Of a stretch of 64,000 bases of DNA, positions 24,510 to 37,850 are shown piece after piece. Within the stretch, counting starts at the first letter, position 1. Each line of letters starts with the position of its first letter. The notes under the pieces were generated by a model. That model was not told the DNA's origin. It did no database searches and saw nothing but the letters and a program-made list of their open reading frames with translations. Made by a program: the position numbers and the translations under genes. The stretch is from Stegostoma tigrinum (taxonomy: Eukaryota): the NCBI RefSeq assembly GCF_030684315.1, contig NC_081393.1, positions 16,487,479 through 16,551,478 of the forward strand, in the 5' to 3' direction.

Positions 24510-24790
24510 TCCTCGAACCTGGCAGCACGGCCGCGAGCCCACACTGCTCTCGAGTTCTCCCCAAAGGCCGATTACCGCCTCTTTACTCTTGTTTCTTTTT
24601 CCCGTCTCGGTCCTCCAGCCGTTTCACGTCCGAGCGAGGCCGCTGTGAGCCGCCATGTTTGTACGGGGCAAATCCAGCTCTCCGCCTGCGCCCTAGGGGG
24701 TCAGGTGGCCGGCATTTTGCCCCGCAACAAGATGGCGCCTGGCAGCGGGGCGGCGCTGAAGGCAATGTTGCCGGTTCGTTCGGTGGGAAA
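24510..24790 (-). promoter_or_regulatory. POLR3D: POLR3D CpG-rich promoter and probable non-coding exon 1
   Basis: Dense CpG. YY1-like motifs (AACATGGCGGC on -, about 24649-24659; CAAGATGGCG on +, about 24728-24737). Candidate donor GCG|GTAATC at 24574-24575. Confidence 0.7.
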
Positions 24791-25134
24791 GTGAAGAAAC
24801 TGAATGAAAATTGTAGCTCTGCATTGATCTTGTTGCAAAGGAGCTCCAACGGAAAGCGAGTGACAATAGGGAGTATTACTGGGTAAAAATATGTAGCATC
24901 CATTGGAAGTGCGTCAACAGTTTTGTTTTGGGGCTCAGCTGTCAGCATTCCACTGATCTGATGCCATTTTCATGTAATGCATCAGTAGTAAATGTGTACA
25001 GAACCCCTAGAGCAGCTTGATTTTATAAATACAGAAATTAGGCACTAAAATTAAAACAAAGGACTGCGGACGCTGGAGATCTGATTTTTTAAAAAGTGGG
25101 GAACAAGTTGAGTTAACGTGTCGAGTCCAGTGAC

Positions 25135-25295
25135 TAATTTGTCCGTAGTGCCCAGGGATGTGCAGGCTAGGTGGATCAGGCATTGGAAGTACAGGCTTGC
25201 TACGACAGGGTAGGGTGGTGTGTCTGGGTGGGAGGATCAATGTGGACTCGATGGGCCAAATGGCCTACTTCATCAATGTAGGGATTCGATGACTC
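25135..25295 (+). mobile_element. HE1-like SINE 3' fragment
   Basis: gtagtgcccagggatgtgcaggctagg...gtggactcgatgggccaaatggcct...gtagggattc, the reverse complement of part of the 49 kb copy. Confidence 0.65.
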
Positions 25296-25339
25296 TCCCC
25301 TCAGATACTGCCACAACTGCGAAATTTCAGCATAAATTA

Positions 25340-28300
25340 AGGCAAGGGTCCGCTAATCCAGAATAGCATTAATGGGGGAAGTTTAACTTTAATATTGATT
25401 GGGAGAGGCAGACAAGCACCGTCACACAGGTAGTGAATTTCCAGAGTGCATCTGGGACAGTTTCCTACAGCATTTGGTTCTGAATGCAACAAGGGGACAA
25501 ACAAAATTTGATTTATTCATGAGTAATGAATCAGATTTAGTTAGTTACCTAATTGTGCACAACCGTTTATCAAATACTGATCATAACATGATTGAATTCG
25601 ATGCAGCATTTGAAAGCATAAAACAGAGGCAGCTTTATGAGCAGCATGAAGAGTTTTACATTTAGGTAAGACTGACTTGAATGACATGACACAGAGACTA
25701 TCCACAGTAAACTAGGCAAATCTGCTCACGAGTAAAACAACTAAAGAGCAGTGGAGGATGTTTAAAGAAACATTTAATACAAAATCAGTTTATACCGTCT
25801 GCTCTGGAAGATTAGGTTGCATGGAACCCAGGGAGATCTGGCAAATTGGATACACAGTCAGCTTGTTGATAAGAACTAGAGAGAGTAATAGTGAAAGGAT
25901 GCTTGTCGGACTGGTGGCTAGTGGTGTGCCTCAGGGGCCAGTGCTGGGACCATTGCTATTTGTTATCTGTATCAATGATTTGATTGAGAATAGTAAGTTT
26001 GGGGATGACACGAAGATATCGTGGACAGTGAGGAAAGTTATCAGAAATTACAGCAGGATTTTGATCAGCTGGGGAACTGGGCTCAGAAATGGCAAATGGA
26101 ATTTAAAACAGATAAGTGTGAGGTGTTGCATTTTGGAACGTCAATGCCGGAGTTTCATGGTGAATGGAGTGTAGTGGAACAGAGGGACTTGGGAGTTCAG
26201 GTGCACGGTTCTCTGAAAGTGGAGTCACAGGTAGACAGGGCAGTGAGAAAGGCTTTTGGAACACTGGCCTTCATCAGTGAGGGCACTGAGTATAGATGTT
26301 GGGAAGTTATGTTGCAGTTGTACAGGATGTTGATGAGGCTGCACTTGAAATATTGTGTTCAGTTTTGATCACCTTGTTATAGTAAGGATGTTATTAAACT
26401 GGAAAGATTGCAGAAGAAATTTACAAGGATATTGACAGGACTCAGCTATAGGACTGAGTTATAGGCAGAGGCTGGACAAGCTAGGACTGTTTACATTAGA
26501 GCGTAGAAGACTGAGGGGCTAACTTATATAAGTCTATAAGATCATGAGAGGCATTGATGGGGTGAATGCAATCAGTCTTTTTCCCTAATTTGGGGAATTA
26601 AGGACAAGATGGCACCAGTTTCAGGCAAGGGGGCAAGAATACATGGGAACCTGAGGAGCAATATTTTTACACAGAGTATGGTACGCATATGGAATGAGTT
26701 GCCAGGGGAAATGGTTGAGGCGGGTACATTAACAACATTTAAAGGCATTTGGATGAATACATGGATAGGAAAGGTTTGGAAGGACAGAGGCAAGTGCAGG
26801 GAAATGGGGTTAGTGTGGTAGGACATTTTGGTTGGCATGGACCAGTTTGGGCCGAAGGGCCTGTCTCCATGCTATCGGACTCTATGTCTCAAAGAGGAAA
26901 AGCTCCACTTCACATAAAAGTGGTCAAGAGACATAAAACTGAAATCAAGAGCTTACAAAAATGCAAAAAGAAACATAGATCCCGGTGAATGGGAAAGATA
27001 CAAAGATCAGCAAAAGACCACAAAGCAACTTATACAAGCAAGTAAAAGGAACTGTGAAAGAAAACTTGCCAGGGATATCAAAATCAAAAAGAGGAAACAT
27101 TATAGTTACATAAAGGGAAATTGGGTAGTCGGCAACAATTTTGACCCACTAAAGACTGAAAGTGGGAAGGTTTTTGAGATTTGTAGCTCGGATTGTACAT
27201 ACTCGAATAGCACATTGCGGCATTATCTCTGACAGGCCACAACAGAAAGACACAACACGGCCAGACACACTAGTCACCCAACCATACATTAGGAACATAT
27301 CAGTGATGACCACAAGACAACTCAGGCCCCTAAGTATCAGGGTAGATCACAACCCAATAACCACCCTGCAACAGCAACTGACGAATGTAAAGGACCCCAT
27401 TCCCACAAACAATACAACAAATGTAATATACAAAATACCATGTGTGAGAAACATTACATAGGCCAAATTGGAAGAAAACTGGCAATAAGAATACATGAAT
27501 GCCAAGTAGCCACCAAGAGACATGACCAATTCTCACTGGTCTCAATGCACATGGAAAAAGAAGGGCACAGATTCGACAGGGACAACACATCCATAATAGC
27601 ACGAACCAAGTAGAGACATGCCAGGGAATTCCTAGAGGCCTGGCAATCCAACCGGAACTCCGTCAACAAACACAGTGAACTGGACCCGATATACAAACCA
27701 ATGAAGAACAAAACTGGAAGTCATACCACCACCCTACTAAACCAAAGCATATAAATAACAAATGGGTCAGAACACCAACGCTTCACTGTCAGCGCACTGA
27801 CATTGTCCCCTAGCAGAGTGACGAAACATCTGCAATCAAACATGCTGGCTTGGAGAGCAAGCCTGCAACCTCACCGAAAGTGGGAATATTGTCAATGACC
27901 ACTAGGAATTGGCAGACATGTTGAACAATTGCTTTACCTGAGTTTTTATGATTAAAAAAGAGAACAGCTTGCCATAAGTCTGAGAAAATTAAATGTGGAT
28001 TGGGAACAGGGACTGAATAAAATTAATGTATGTAAATCATTGAGGAAATTAATGGAATTAAAGACTTATAAACTCCCAGGACCTGACGGTTTCTATCTAA
28101 GGGTGTTAAAGCAGATAGGAGAGTCCATTGTAGATGTCCTAACTATAATCTTTCAGAGTTCTCTAGATACAGGACTCATCCCTCTGGATTGGAAAGTTGA
28201 ATATGTCACACTGCTTTTTAAGAAGGGCAAAAGACAAAAACCAAGGAATTACAGACCAGTTAGCCTAACATCTGTGTTGGGGAAATTGCAGAGGTAACTA

Positions 28301-29040
28301 AGGTAATTCTGGTCTGGACAAGGACAAATCAGGGTACTTTCTGGATGCTTAAATACAGTGTTTGTCCAAAGAGACTTGGGGTTCAGTTGCAAACATCTTT
28401 AAAATGTCATGAGCAGGCACAGAAAATAATCAAGGAACCTAATGGAATCCTGGCCTTTATATCTAGAGGACTGGAGTTCAAGGATGCAGAAGTTTTGCTA
28501 TGGATGTACAAAACTCTGGTAAGACCTGCTGTGGGCATCTGAGAAAGAATATATTAACCTGAAAGGGGGTAAAATGTAGATTTACAAGAATGATACCTGG
28601 TCTTCAGAGTTAAGTTATGAAGAGACATTATACAAATTAGGCCTGTTTTCTGTTGAATTCAGAAGATTAAGGGATGACCTGATCAAAGGCTTCAAGATAA
28701 TACAAAGAAAAGAAAGGGTAGATAAAGATAAACTATTTCCACTGGTTGGGGATTCTAGACCTAGGGGGCATGGCCTGGGAATTAGGGCTAAATGTAGGAG
28801 TGATGTTAGGAAGTACTACTACACTCAAAAGGTGTAGATGTTTTCAACTCTTTTCAAGTGGCAGTGGATACAGGATCAATTATTAATTTTAATTCTTATA
28901 TGAATTTTGCTTAAGCAAAGGCATTAAAGGATATGGGTCAAAGGTAGGTTCATGGAGTTAGGCCACAGATCACCATGAGCTCATTAAATGGTGGACAGGA
29001 TTGAGGGGCTGAATGGCCTACTCCTGTTCCTACGTTCCTG
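25340..29040 (+). mobile_element. Degenerate CR1 LINE interrupted by a second CR1 (about 25800-26887) and a Penelope fragment
   Basis: Fragments: IWDSFLQHLV...DHNMIEF (endonuclease end), PGPDGFYLRVLK...NYRPVSLTS (RT start), and a CR1 3' end near 29040. The inner copy has SGVPQGPVLGPLLF...KFGDDTK. Confidence 0.85.
27169..27875 (+). mobile_element. 5'-truncated Penelope/Poseidon-type element (GIY-YIG end plus degenerate hammerhead)
   Basis: KDPIP...NVIYKIPC...YIGQ...RIHE across a frameshift. ctgac...gacgaaacatc at about 27797-27830. TSD GAAAGTGGGAA at 27158-27168 and 27876-27886. Confidence 0.82.
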
Positions 29041-31239
29041 TTTTCTCACAACCCCTTTAGCTTCTTGTGTAAGACTTATTCAGCACACATTCCCAGTTTA
29101 GCAGCTACTTGGTACGTGACTCCAATTTAGTACACTGTAACAATATTGTGGCTGCTGCCACTGCCATACACTTAAAATTGAAAACTCGCAAACATATCTT
29201 CATTACTATGGATGGAAGAAACAAGTCAATTAAAGAACTATAAAGTACTATAAAGAACAAGAAGCTAATTAATTTTTAAAAATCATTTGAACTTTTACAG
29301 CATCTTTCACAATTGCAGAATGTCCTAAAGGACCAACGAGATACTTTTTGAAAGGTAACCTCAGTTGCAATATACAAATCGCATCAGCCTATTTTCACAC
29401 AGCAAACTTTCACAAACAGAGATGTGTTGATGAACATCAATCTCTTTTGTGATGTCTGCTGCAGGATAAACATGGTCAGGTCACAGGGATAACTGGCCTA
29501 TTATTAGAATTAGTGGCTTCGGATCATTCACATCCCCCGAGGAGGGCACCGAACAGCTCAGGCCTCAGTCCAAATGTCTTATCTGATATATGAGACATTC
29601 ATCTGATAGTGCAGTGCTCCCTCAAAACTGCATCAGAGTAGCTGCCTTGACATTCATTCTCACAACTGGTACGATTCAGACATAAGTGAGAAGCAATTGA
29701 CATATAATGCATTGCATATTGAAAGGAAGTGGGGAAGAATGTGTCATTTAAAAAAAATACACAGCAAGAGGTTAAAAAAAATGGCGACAATGGGATCAGT
29801 ATCAAGTTTTGATTTCTTGAAAACTGCAAGGAGGGACTCGATAAACTGAGAGGTGAAAAGATGGATAAACGGATAGATAAGTAAATGACTGTACATTTCA
29901 TTGCAGTCTGTGGGACTCTAGAGTGTAGTACAGCTGCTGTGTCCACCTATACAGTTTGGCTGGACTTCAAAGCAGTTCCTTGTATTCAGAGTACATGGTT
30001 CATAAGACAAATCAAAGTGATAAAAATGCTCCTTGTAGCTTGTTTTGCAGCTGTTAGCTTTTAGTCTTCAAGTTGTGAACAAGATTTAAAGTGGGATTCA
30101 AGCGATGTATTTTACAGTTCAAATATGTTGTAATGGAGACTCCCAGAGATTTGCAATAATAACAAGACACATAAATGCAAACACCTACAGACAGAGTGAA
30201 GGCAACAGCAGATGAGGACTAATTCTTTCAACTATTATTCTGTAATGATTTAATTTCCAAATTCAGAGATTATTTGTAATTATTTAATCGAATTTAACAA
30301 CATTCAACTAAAGAGCAGAATGTGAATAATGAGAGAACAAATGTATCTTCAAAAAGAAATTTACACAACTTGGAGACTGGGAATTATTTTAGTAATGCAG
30401 TACCCCCAAAACATATCCTACAACGCAGGTATCACTGTAAGACTGCTTTCACACCATGCCAACAACTTGACAAGGACAAGGTGATATTTGTTTTGGGGTT
30501 TTCTTGATACCAGCTATGCTTTAATTTGCAGATTGTGTGCAGGGAAAAGAGACAGTGGATTCTGTTGGAATGGTTCTCCAAGTCGACTACAAACTCATTT
30601 GGCAAACCTTTTAAACAAGACTAAGATATTTCTTGGCTGGTGCTGAAATGTCCCCTCCTGGTTATACCCTTCCCTTGAGCTGGATGTGAAGGGGTAGAAA
30701 CTGTTGCCTACCTCCTTCCGGCATATGCCTTTGCAAAGTAAAAAGGCCTAGAAAGAGAGGAAATTTTTTTTTCATGGTGAGATGCATCCCGAGCAGCTCT
30801 GTGACACAGGATTCTGAACTCTACTATTGTCAGGCTGACGTAAAACATCAGACGGTGCTGGAAGAACATCAATCAGTGAAACATCTTTGGTCAGGCAAAC
30901 ACTTGCTGTTGTTCCAGTATAAAGACATGTTCATGACCTGGTGTTGCAGACAGGCATATTTCAAGAGCCAGGACCTTAGGCTGACAATACACAAAAGCTT
31001 GGGGCAGCAGCCCACAAAGGCACAAGAAGAAGGACCATGAAGGCTATCCTATTATAGAATAATGAATGACTCAAACTCTTGAACTGCATGCAGCAGGGAA
31101 TGTTTGATACAAGTGTAAATATATATTATATGTATAATCTGTAATTACAAGTCGAGTGAAGCACCTCATATACTATACCTGTATTGAAAGAACATACACT
31201 GCACCTGTTTCAGCTGAACATAATAGAGATAGACGTGCT

Positions 31240-32920
31240 GTAGTTAAAGGTAAATCTGAAGCATTCACAGCAATCCTCAGCCAGAAATCCCAAGTGGATG
31301 GTCCATCTCGGCCTCCAGCATCTGAGTCTTCAGCCAAATTTAGTCATTCCACATTAGATCAAGAAATGGTTGAGGGCACTAAATACTGGAAAGGCTACAG
31401 GGTCTGACAGCATTCTGATGATTATACTTAACATATGTGCTCCAGAACTTGCTTGTCCCCTAGCTAAGCTCTTCTGGTGTAGTTACAACACTGACATCTA
31501 CCTGACAATGTGGAAAATTGTCTGGGAATGTCCTGTACACAAAAAGCAGGACAAATCTAACCTGGCCAGTTATTGCCCAATCACTCCACCCCTTAATCAT
31601 TTGTCAAGTGATGGAAGGTGTCAGTAACAGTGCTATCAAGCAGCATCTGCTCAACAATTACCTGCTCAGTGATGCCCAGTTTGGGTTGCGCCAGAGCCAC
31701 ACAGCTCCTGACCTCATTACAGCCTTGACTCAAACATAGACAAAACAAAAGTTGAATTCCAGAAATGAGGCAAGCATGACAGCGCTTAATATCAAGGCTG
31801 CATTCAACCAAGTGTGGTACCAAGGAGCCTGAGCACAACTGGAATCAGTGGGTATCAGAGGGCAAATATCCACTGGTTGGAGTCATACCTGACACATAAG
31901 AACATGGTCGTGGTTGTTGCTGAACACTCCTCTCAGCTCCAGGACATCTCTGCAGGAGTTCTTCAGGGTAGTGTCCTCGGCCCAACCATCTTCAGCTGCT
32001 TCATCAATGACCTTCCCTCCGTCATAAGGTCAGAAGTGGGGATGATCGCCAATGATTGCACAACATTCAGCACCATTCGTGGCTCCTCAGATACTGAAAC
32101 AGTTCATGTTCAGATGCAACATGACCTGGGCAATATCCAGGCATGGGCTGACAAATAGCAAGTAGCATCTGCGCCACACAAATGCCAGGCAATGACCATC
32201 TCCAATAAGACAGCGTCTAATAACCGGCACTTGACATTTAGTGGTGTCACCATTACTGAATTCCCCATTATCAACATCATTGAGGTTGCTATTGACCAGA
32301 ATCTCAAATGGACTCCCTCATAAACCCAGTGGCTACAAAAGCAGGTCAGAGGGTGGTAATGCTGCAGCAAATAACTCATCTCCTGACTCCATAAAGCCTG
32401 TCCACCATCGACAATGCACAAGTCTAGAGTGTGATGGAATACACAAAATTTGCTTGGATGGGTGCAGCTCCAACAATACTCCAGAAACTTAACACCATCG
32501 AGGATAAGGCAACCCCCTCGATTGGCACCACATTCTCAAACATCCACTCCCTCCACCATTGATACACAGTCATAGCAGTGTGCGCTATCTACAAGATGCA
32601 TTGCAGAGATTTACTACAAGTCCTGACAGAACTCCTTCCAAACACATGACTGCTTCCATCTCAAAGAACAAGGGTAGCAAATACATGGCAACACCACCAT
32701 CTCCAATTTCCCCTTCAAGTCACTCATCATCCTGACTTGGAAATATATCAGCTGTTCCTTCAGTGTTTCTGGGTCAGATTCCTGGAATTCCCTCCCTGAG
32801 GGCTTTGTTGGTCAACCTAGCTGCAGCAGTTCAAGAAGGCAGCTCACTACCACCTTCTCAAGGGCAACAAGGGATGAGCAATAAATGACACCCAAGTTCC
32901 ACAAGTGAATAAAAAAAAAA
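31240..32920 (+). mobile_element. Degenerate CR1/L2-group LINE with A-rich tail
   Basis: KATGSDSI, QFGLRQSH, AGVLQGSVLGPTIFSCFIND, IANDCT. Ends with aataaa and an A run at 32911-32920. Related fragments at about 45520-45815 (-), 46590-47010 (-) and 57660-58100 (+). Confidence 0.85.
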
Positions 32921-33326
32921 GTCCTCATGGCACTGTCTCAACTAATCAGAATCAACCTGCCTGGTATAAATTTAAACAAAGGTTGGCAGCTAACTGTCAG
33001 TCATCATCATCATCTGTATTCTGATTGGTAATCTACCAATTAGAGTCCACTTGACAATGAAACAGCACACTCTTCAAATTTCCCTTCACAGCGGTATTCT
33101 TGTGAATTATCTTGAGGAAAGCAAGACAAAGCTAGCTTTAACAAAATGTGTATTTTTTTCAGTGAAACTGAAGTGGACTGTAATAAACTATACATCATTT
33201 CAACAGTTATGCAATGTCATTGAACAAATTTGATTAATAAAGTTATATTATTGGTAAAAATAAATTGCAGTGTGCACCATGGTTTGGGACACGTTTTGCC
33301 ATTACAACTGACCAGAAGTTGTGTCA

Positions 33327-35030
33327 GGGATAACAAGGTGTTGAGCTGGATGAACACAGCAAGCCAAGCAGCATCAGAGGAGCAGGAAGACTGATGTTTT
33401 GGGCCTAGACCCTTCTTCAGAAATGGGGGAGGGGAAGGGGGTTCCAAAATAAATAGGGAGATAGGGGGAGGTGGACCGAAGATGGATAGAGGAGAAGACA
33501 GGTGGAAAGGAGACAGACAGGTCAAAGAGGTGGGGATGGAGCCAGTAAAGGTGAGTGTAGATGGGGAGGTGAGGAGGAGATAAGTCAGTCCAGGGAGAAT
33601 GGACAGGTCAAAGGGGTGGGATGAGGTTAGTAGGTAGGAAATGGAGGTGCAGCTTGAGGTGGGAGGAGGGGATAGGTGAGAGGAAGGACAGGTTAGGGAG
33701 GCGGGGACGAGCTGGGCTGGTTTTGGGATCCCGTAGAGGGAGGGGAGATTTTGAAGCTTGTGAAATCCAAATTGATACAACTGGGCTGCAGGATTCCCAA
33801 GCGGAATATGAGTTGCTGTTCCTGCCAGGCCCAGGATGGACATGTCATCTGAGGAATGGGAGGGGGAGTTGAAATGGTTCACGACTGGGAGGTGCAGTTG
33901 TTTATTGAAAACCGAGGGTAGGTGTTCTGCAAAGCGGTCCCCAAGCCTCCACTTGGTTTCCCCAATGTAGAGGAGGCCACAACACAGTATACCACATTAG
34001 CATATGTGCAGGTGAAAATCTGCTTGATGTTGAAAGTCTTCTTGGGTCCTGGGATGGGGATGAGGGAGGAGGTGTGGGGGCAGGTGTAGCACCTCCTGCG
34101 GTTTCAGGGAAAAGTACTGGATGTGGTATGGCTGGACGGGAGTGGGGTGCGGACAAAGGAGTCACGGAGAGAGCGTTCACTCCGGAAAGCAGACAAGGGT
34201 GGAGAGGGAAAAATGTCTTTGGTGGCGGGGTTGGATTGCAGATCGCGGAAGTGTCAGAGGATGATGCGTTGGATTTGGAGGTTGGTGGAGTGGTACATGA
34301 CGATGAGGGGGATTCTTTTTTTGTTGTTTTTGCCAGGATGGGGTGGGAGGGATGAGTTGCAGGAAATGCGGGAGACACGGTCGAGGGCGTTCTTGACCAC
34401 TGCGGAGGGGATGTTGCAGTCCTTGAAAAGCAAGGACATCTGAGATGTATGGGAGTAGTATGCCTCATCCTGGGAGCAGATGCAGCGGAGGCGAAGGAAT
34501 TGAGAATAGGGGATGGAATTTTTGCAGGAAGGTGGGTGGGAGGTGGTGTATTCTAGGTGGCTGTGGGAGTTGGTGGGCTTGAAATGGATAGTGGTTTCTT
34601 GGTGGTTGCCTGAAATGGAGACAGAGAGATCCAGGAAGGTGAGAGAGGTGCTAGAGATGGTCCAGGCGAACTTAAGGTTGGGGTGGAAGATGTTGGTGAA
34701 GTGGATGAACTGTTCGAGCTCCTCATGGGAGCACGAGGTGGCGCCGATACAGTCATCAATGTAACAGACGAAGAGGTGGGGTTTAGGGCCAGTGGAGGTA
34801 TGGAAGAGGGATTGTTCCACGTAACCTACAAAGAGGCAGGCATAGCTTGGGCCCATGCGGGTACCCATGGCCACCCCCTTTGACTGTAGGAAGTGGGAGG
34901 AATCGAAAGAGAAGTTGTTAAGGGTGAGGACGAGTTCAGCTAAGCAGATGAGGGTGTCAGTGGAGGGGCACTGGTCAGGCCTGCGGGACAGGAAGAAGGG
35001 GAGAGCCTTTAGTCCATCTGCATGGGGAAT
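33327..35030 (-). mobile_element. 5'-truncated Neptune-type Penelope-like element
   Basis: RT motifs KGVAMGTRMGPSYACLFVG and YIDD, frameshifted GIY-YIG region, and a terminal segment with a decayed hammerhead at about 33392-33420. Confidence 0.9.
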
Positions 35031-35449
35031 ACAGGCAGGGCTGACTACAGCTAATCGCAGACTTTGTCTGCTGCCCATCAAGCTCCCTATGGCTTTATTT
35101 TGTACTTGGAAAAGCACCTTTTCTGCCTTTCTCCCTTCAATCTGTCCCTTCCAGTACCTCAACCTAGTGCCGTCCAGCTCAAATACTCTTGCCAGTCACA
35201 GACCAAGTTTGAAGGGACAAAATATAAGGGTCTATAGCCATGTCCTCCGCACACCTCCAGGTTTCCAGCCATGCCAAATTCAACAAATACAGAGTGTGTG
35301 AAATTTTCACTTCCTGACATCACATTTTCCCCAAATCCTGATGACTGCATTGCATTTGTTCCACGTGTGGAGTGATTCACACACCTGCCGTATAAATATT
35401 AGCCTTTACTCCAAATGTTCTTTGATACAAGCATAAATTCTTTGTTGGT

Positions 35450-35920
35450 GAGAGTTGCAGGTTCGTGAGAACGGTTCCGGGATGAGAGACTTTAGTTATG
35501 AAGATGAACTAGAGTAGTTTGGATGGGTGTCCTTGGCAAAAAGAAGACTGAGGCGATTTGATGGAGGAATTAAAAATCCTGACAAATCTGTAGGGGGTCA
35601 GACTGTTTCCACCTGTGGAAGGATTGGGGATGAGTGGGCACAGATTTAAAGTAATTGGCAAAAGAAGCAAAAGTATGACTTGGAGAGAGACTTCCACACA
35701 GTGAGTGGTTAGGGTCTGAAATGCACTGGCTGAAAGTGTGATGGAAGCGGATTCAATCCAGACATTCACAATGGAATTAGACAGTTTGAGAATGGAAAGG
35801 ATTTGCACAGGTATGGGGAGATGACAAGAGAATGGCATTAATGAGTTGCTTATTCAGAGGGCCAGTGGTGAATTGATGGGCCAAGTAGCCTCTTTCTGAG
35901 CTGCAATAAATCTGTGGTTC
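35450..35920 (+). mobile_element. Old CR1 3' fragment
   Basis: Degenerate ...ttatgaaga...agaagactgaggcgatttga...gggcacagatttaaagtaattggcaaaagaagc. Similar fragments at about 8200-8620, 39850-40460 and 54430-54830. Confidence 0.65.
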
Positions 35921-36969
35921 TGAAATTATACGCACTGCATTCAACATGTCATCAAAATGGCTGTTCTTCACCGGTGAGCCTAGACTGTGAGGGTAGTCTT
36001 CAGTTAACATCACTCAATTGAAGTATTTCTGGAACAGTATCACAGCAAAAAGCTACATAATTTATCACGGACTACAGTTTCAGCATTGACTGATCCATTC
36101 TGTTAATCCTTGCTATCACTTTTAGAATCGTATTGTATTCATCATTTTGTTCAGTATTGTGCTTTGGCTCTACTAGCTGCCACAATCTATCTCCAGCTCC
36201 TGACATTTTTTTTTCTCTTAATTCAGGCTCCTTAATCATGGGACCTGCTTGGTGAGTGTTTCCCATTTGCTCACAACCTGCCACAACCTATAAATCAGAA
36301 GTTGTTGGTGCATTTTCTGTTTCTGATCTAGTTTACTGCTGGCAGGCTCCAGAATCGATGCCTGTGTGTTATCTGCAGCAGTTGACAGCAGGTTCAAGGA
36401 ACTTGATTTTCAGCTGGCAACAGTAAGCCAGGGACTCACACCCAACTGACACATACGCATGGTCAAAAGTGGTGGATTGCACTCATCACAAGTGATGGGA
36501 GACAGTGGACCCGATTCTTTGAATGGTGCTGAAAAAGGGACATGTTGCTGAGGTTTTTGGCACCTTCCAGGACAAATGCAAGAATGCCAAATTTCAAACC
36601 ATAGCAACAATTTACACTACAGGAGGAAAGGGTGCTATTTCGTTGGCAAGTTGACTCTTATTGGAAACACTTTGTAGGTTGTATGAAATTTGGTGTTTTG
36701 TGTATTTGGCCTGATAAGTGCAGAAATGAAAAGCTTAGCAAGACGTCTATCCTTTTAGCAATATTCGAATTCTGTCTTGCACCACCTAAAACTCCATGCA
36801 TTTCCCTCTCTAAGCAGTCACAAGTGCCATCTCTACTTTCCCAATAAACTGGGAATTCCCAACATGATTAAAACTGCTTCCAGTCATAATCTCAAGGCAA
36901 GAACCCATAATATTGCAGTATCATGTGTGAGAATCCCATTGAAGGAAACAGGTTTGGTAACTCAAACAG

Positions 36970-37143
36970 CAGGCAAGCAGCATCTTAGGAGCAGGATAGC
37001 TAACGTTTCGGGCCTTTTCTGATGAAGGGTCTAGGCCCAAAACATCAGCTTTCCTGTTCCTCTGGTGCTGCTTGGCCTGCTGTGTTTATCCAGCTCCACA
37101 CCATGTTATCTCAGATTCTCCAGCATCTGCAGTTCCTATTATC
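36970..37143. mobile_element. Miniature inverted Penelope-terminus element with 17-bp TSD
   Basis: Short inverted arm (about 36966-37014), forward arm with a decayed hammerhead (ctgatgaagggtctaggcccaaaacatc), then a tail. TTTGGTAACTCAAACAG at 36953-36969 and 37144-37160. Confidence 0.82.
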
Positions 37144-37334
37144 TTTGGTAACTCAAACAGATATTCTGCCCATTCTCCATCAAATTTGTGATATTGTAAC
37201 TTTGTGATATTTTAATTTACTGCTTCAAGAGTGGCTCAATTGTTAGCACTCTCTCTCTCTGAGTCATGTTTTGGATTCAAGTACCACCCCAGGCTTCACC
37301 ACAAAAAGTCAAGCCTAATACAGGTGTACTGATT

Positions 37335-37850
37335 GAGTCATGGAGTTGTACATCACAGAAACAGACCCTTTAATCCAAGTCATCCATGCCGACCAGATAT
37401 TCTAGACTAATATAGTCCTGTTTGCCAGCATTTGGCCCATATCCCTCTAAACCCTTCCTATTCATGTCCCCATCCAGATGCTTTTTGAATGTTGTAATTG
37501 TACCAGCCTCCACCACTTCCTCTGGCAGCTCATTCCATACATGCACCACCCTCTGTGTGAAAATGTTGCCCCTTAGAACCCTTTTAAATCTTTCCCCTCT
37601 CACCTTAAACCTATGCTCTCTAGTTTTGGACTCCGTTACCCTGGCAAACAGATCTCGACTATTCACCCTATCCATGCCTCTCATGATTTTATAAACTTTT
37701 CTCAGTTCACCCCATCAGCCTCCGACAGTCCAAGGAAAACTGCCCCAGCCTATCCAGTCTCTCCCTGTAGCTCAAACCCTCCAACCCTGGCAACATCCTT
37801 GTAAATCTTTTCTGAATCCTTTCAAGTTTCACAACATCTTTTCTATCACA
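37335..37850 (-). mobile_element. CR1 3' fragment inserted in an older SINE
   Basis: KLERIQKRFTRMLPGLEGLSYRERL and REHRFKVRGERF...FTQRVVHVWNELP. Confidence 0.88.

Noticed and set aside
24660-25000. miR-320, which lies just upstream of mammalian POLR3D
   Set aside because: I saw no match to AAAAGCTGGGTTGAGAGGGCGA on either strand.
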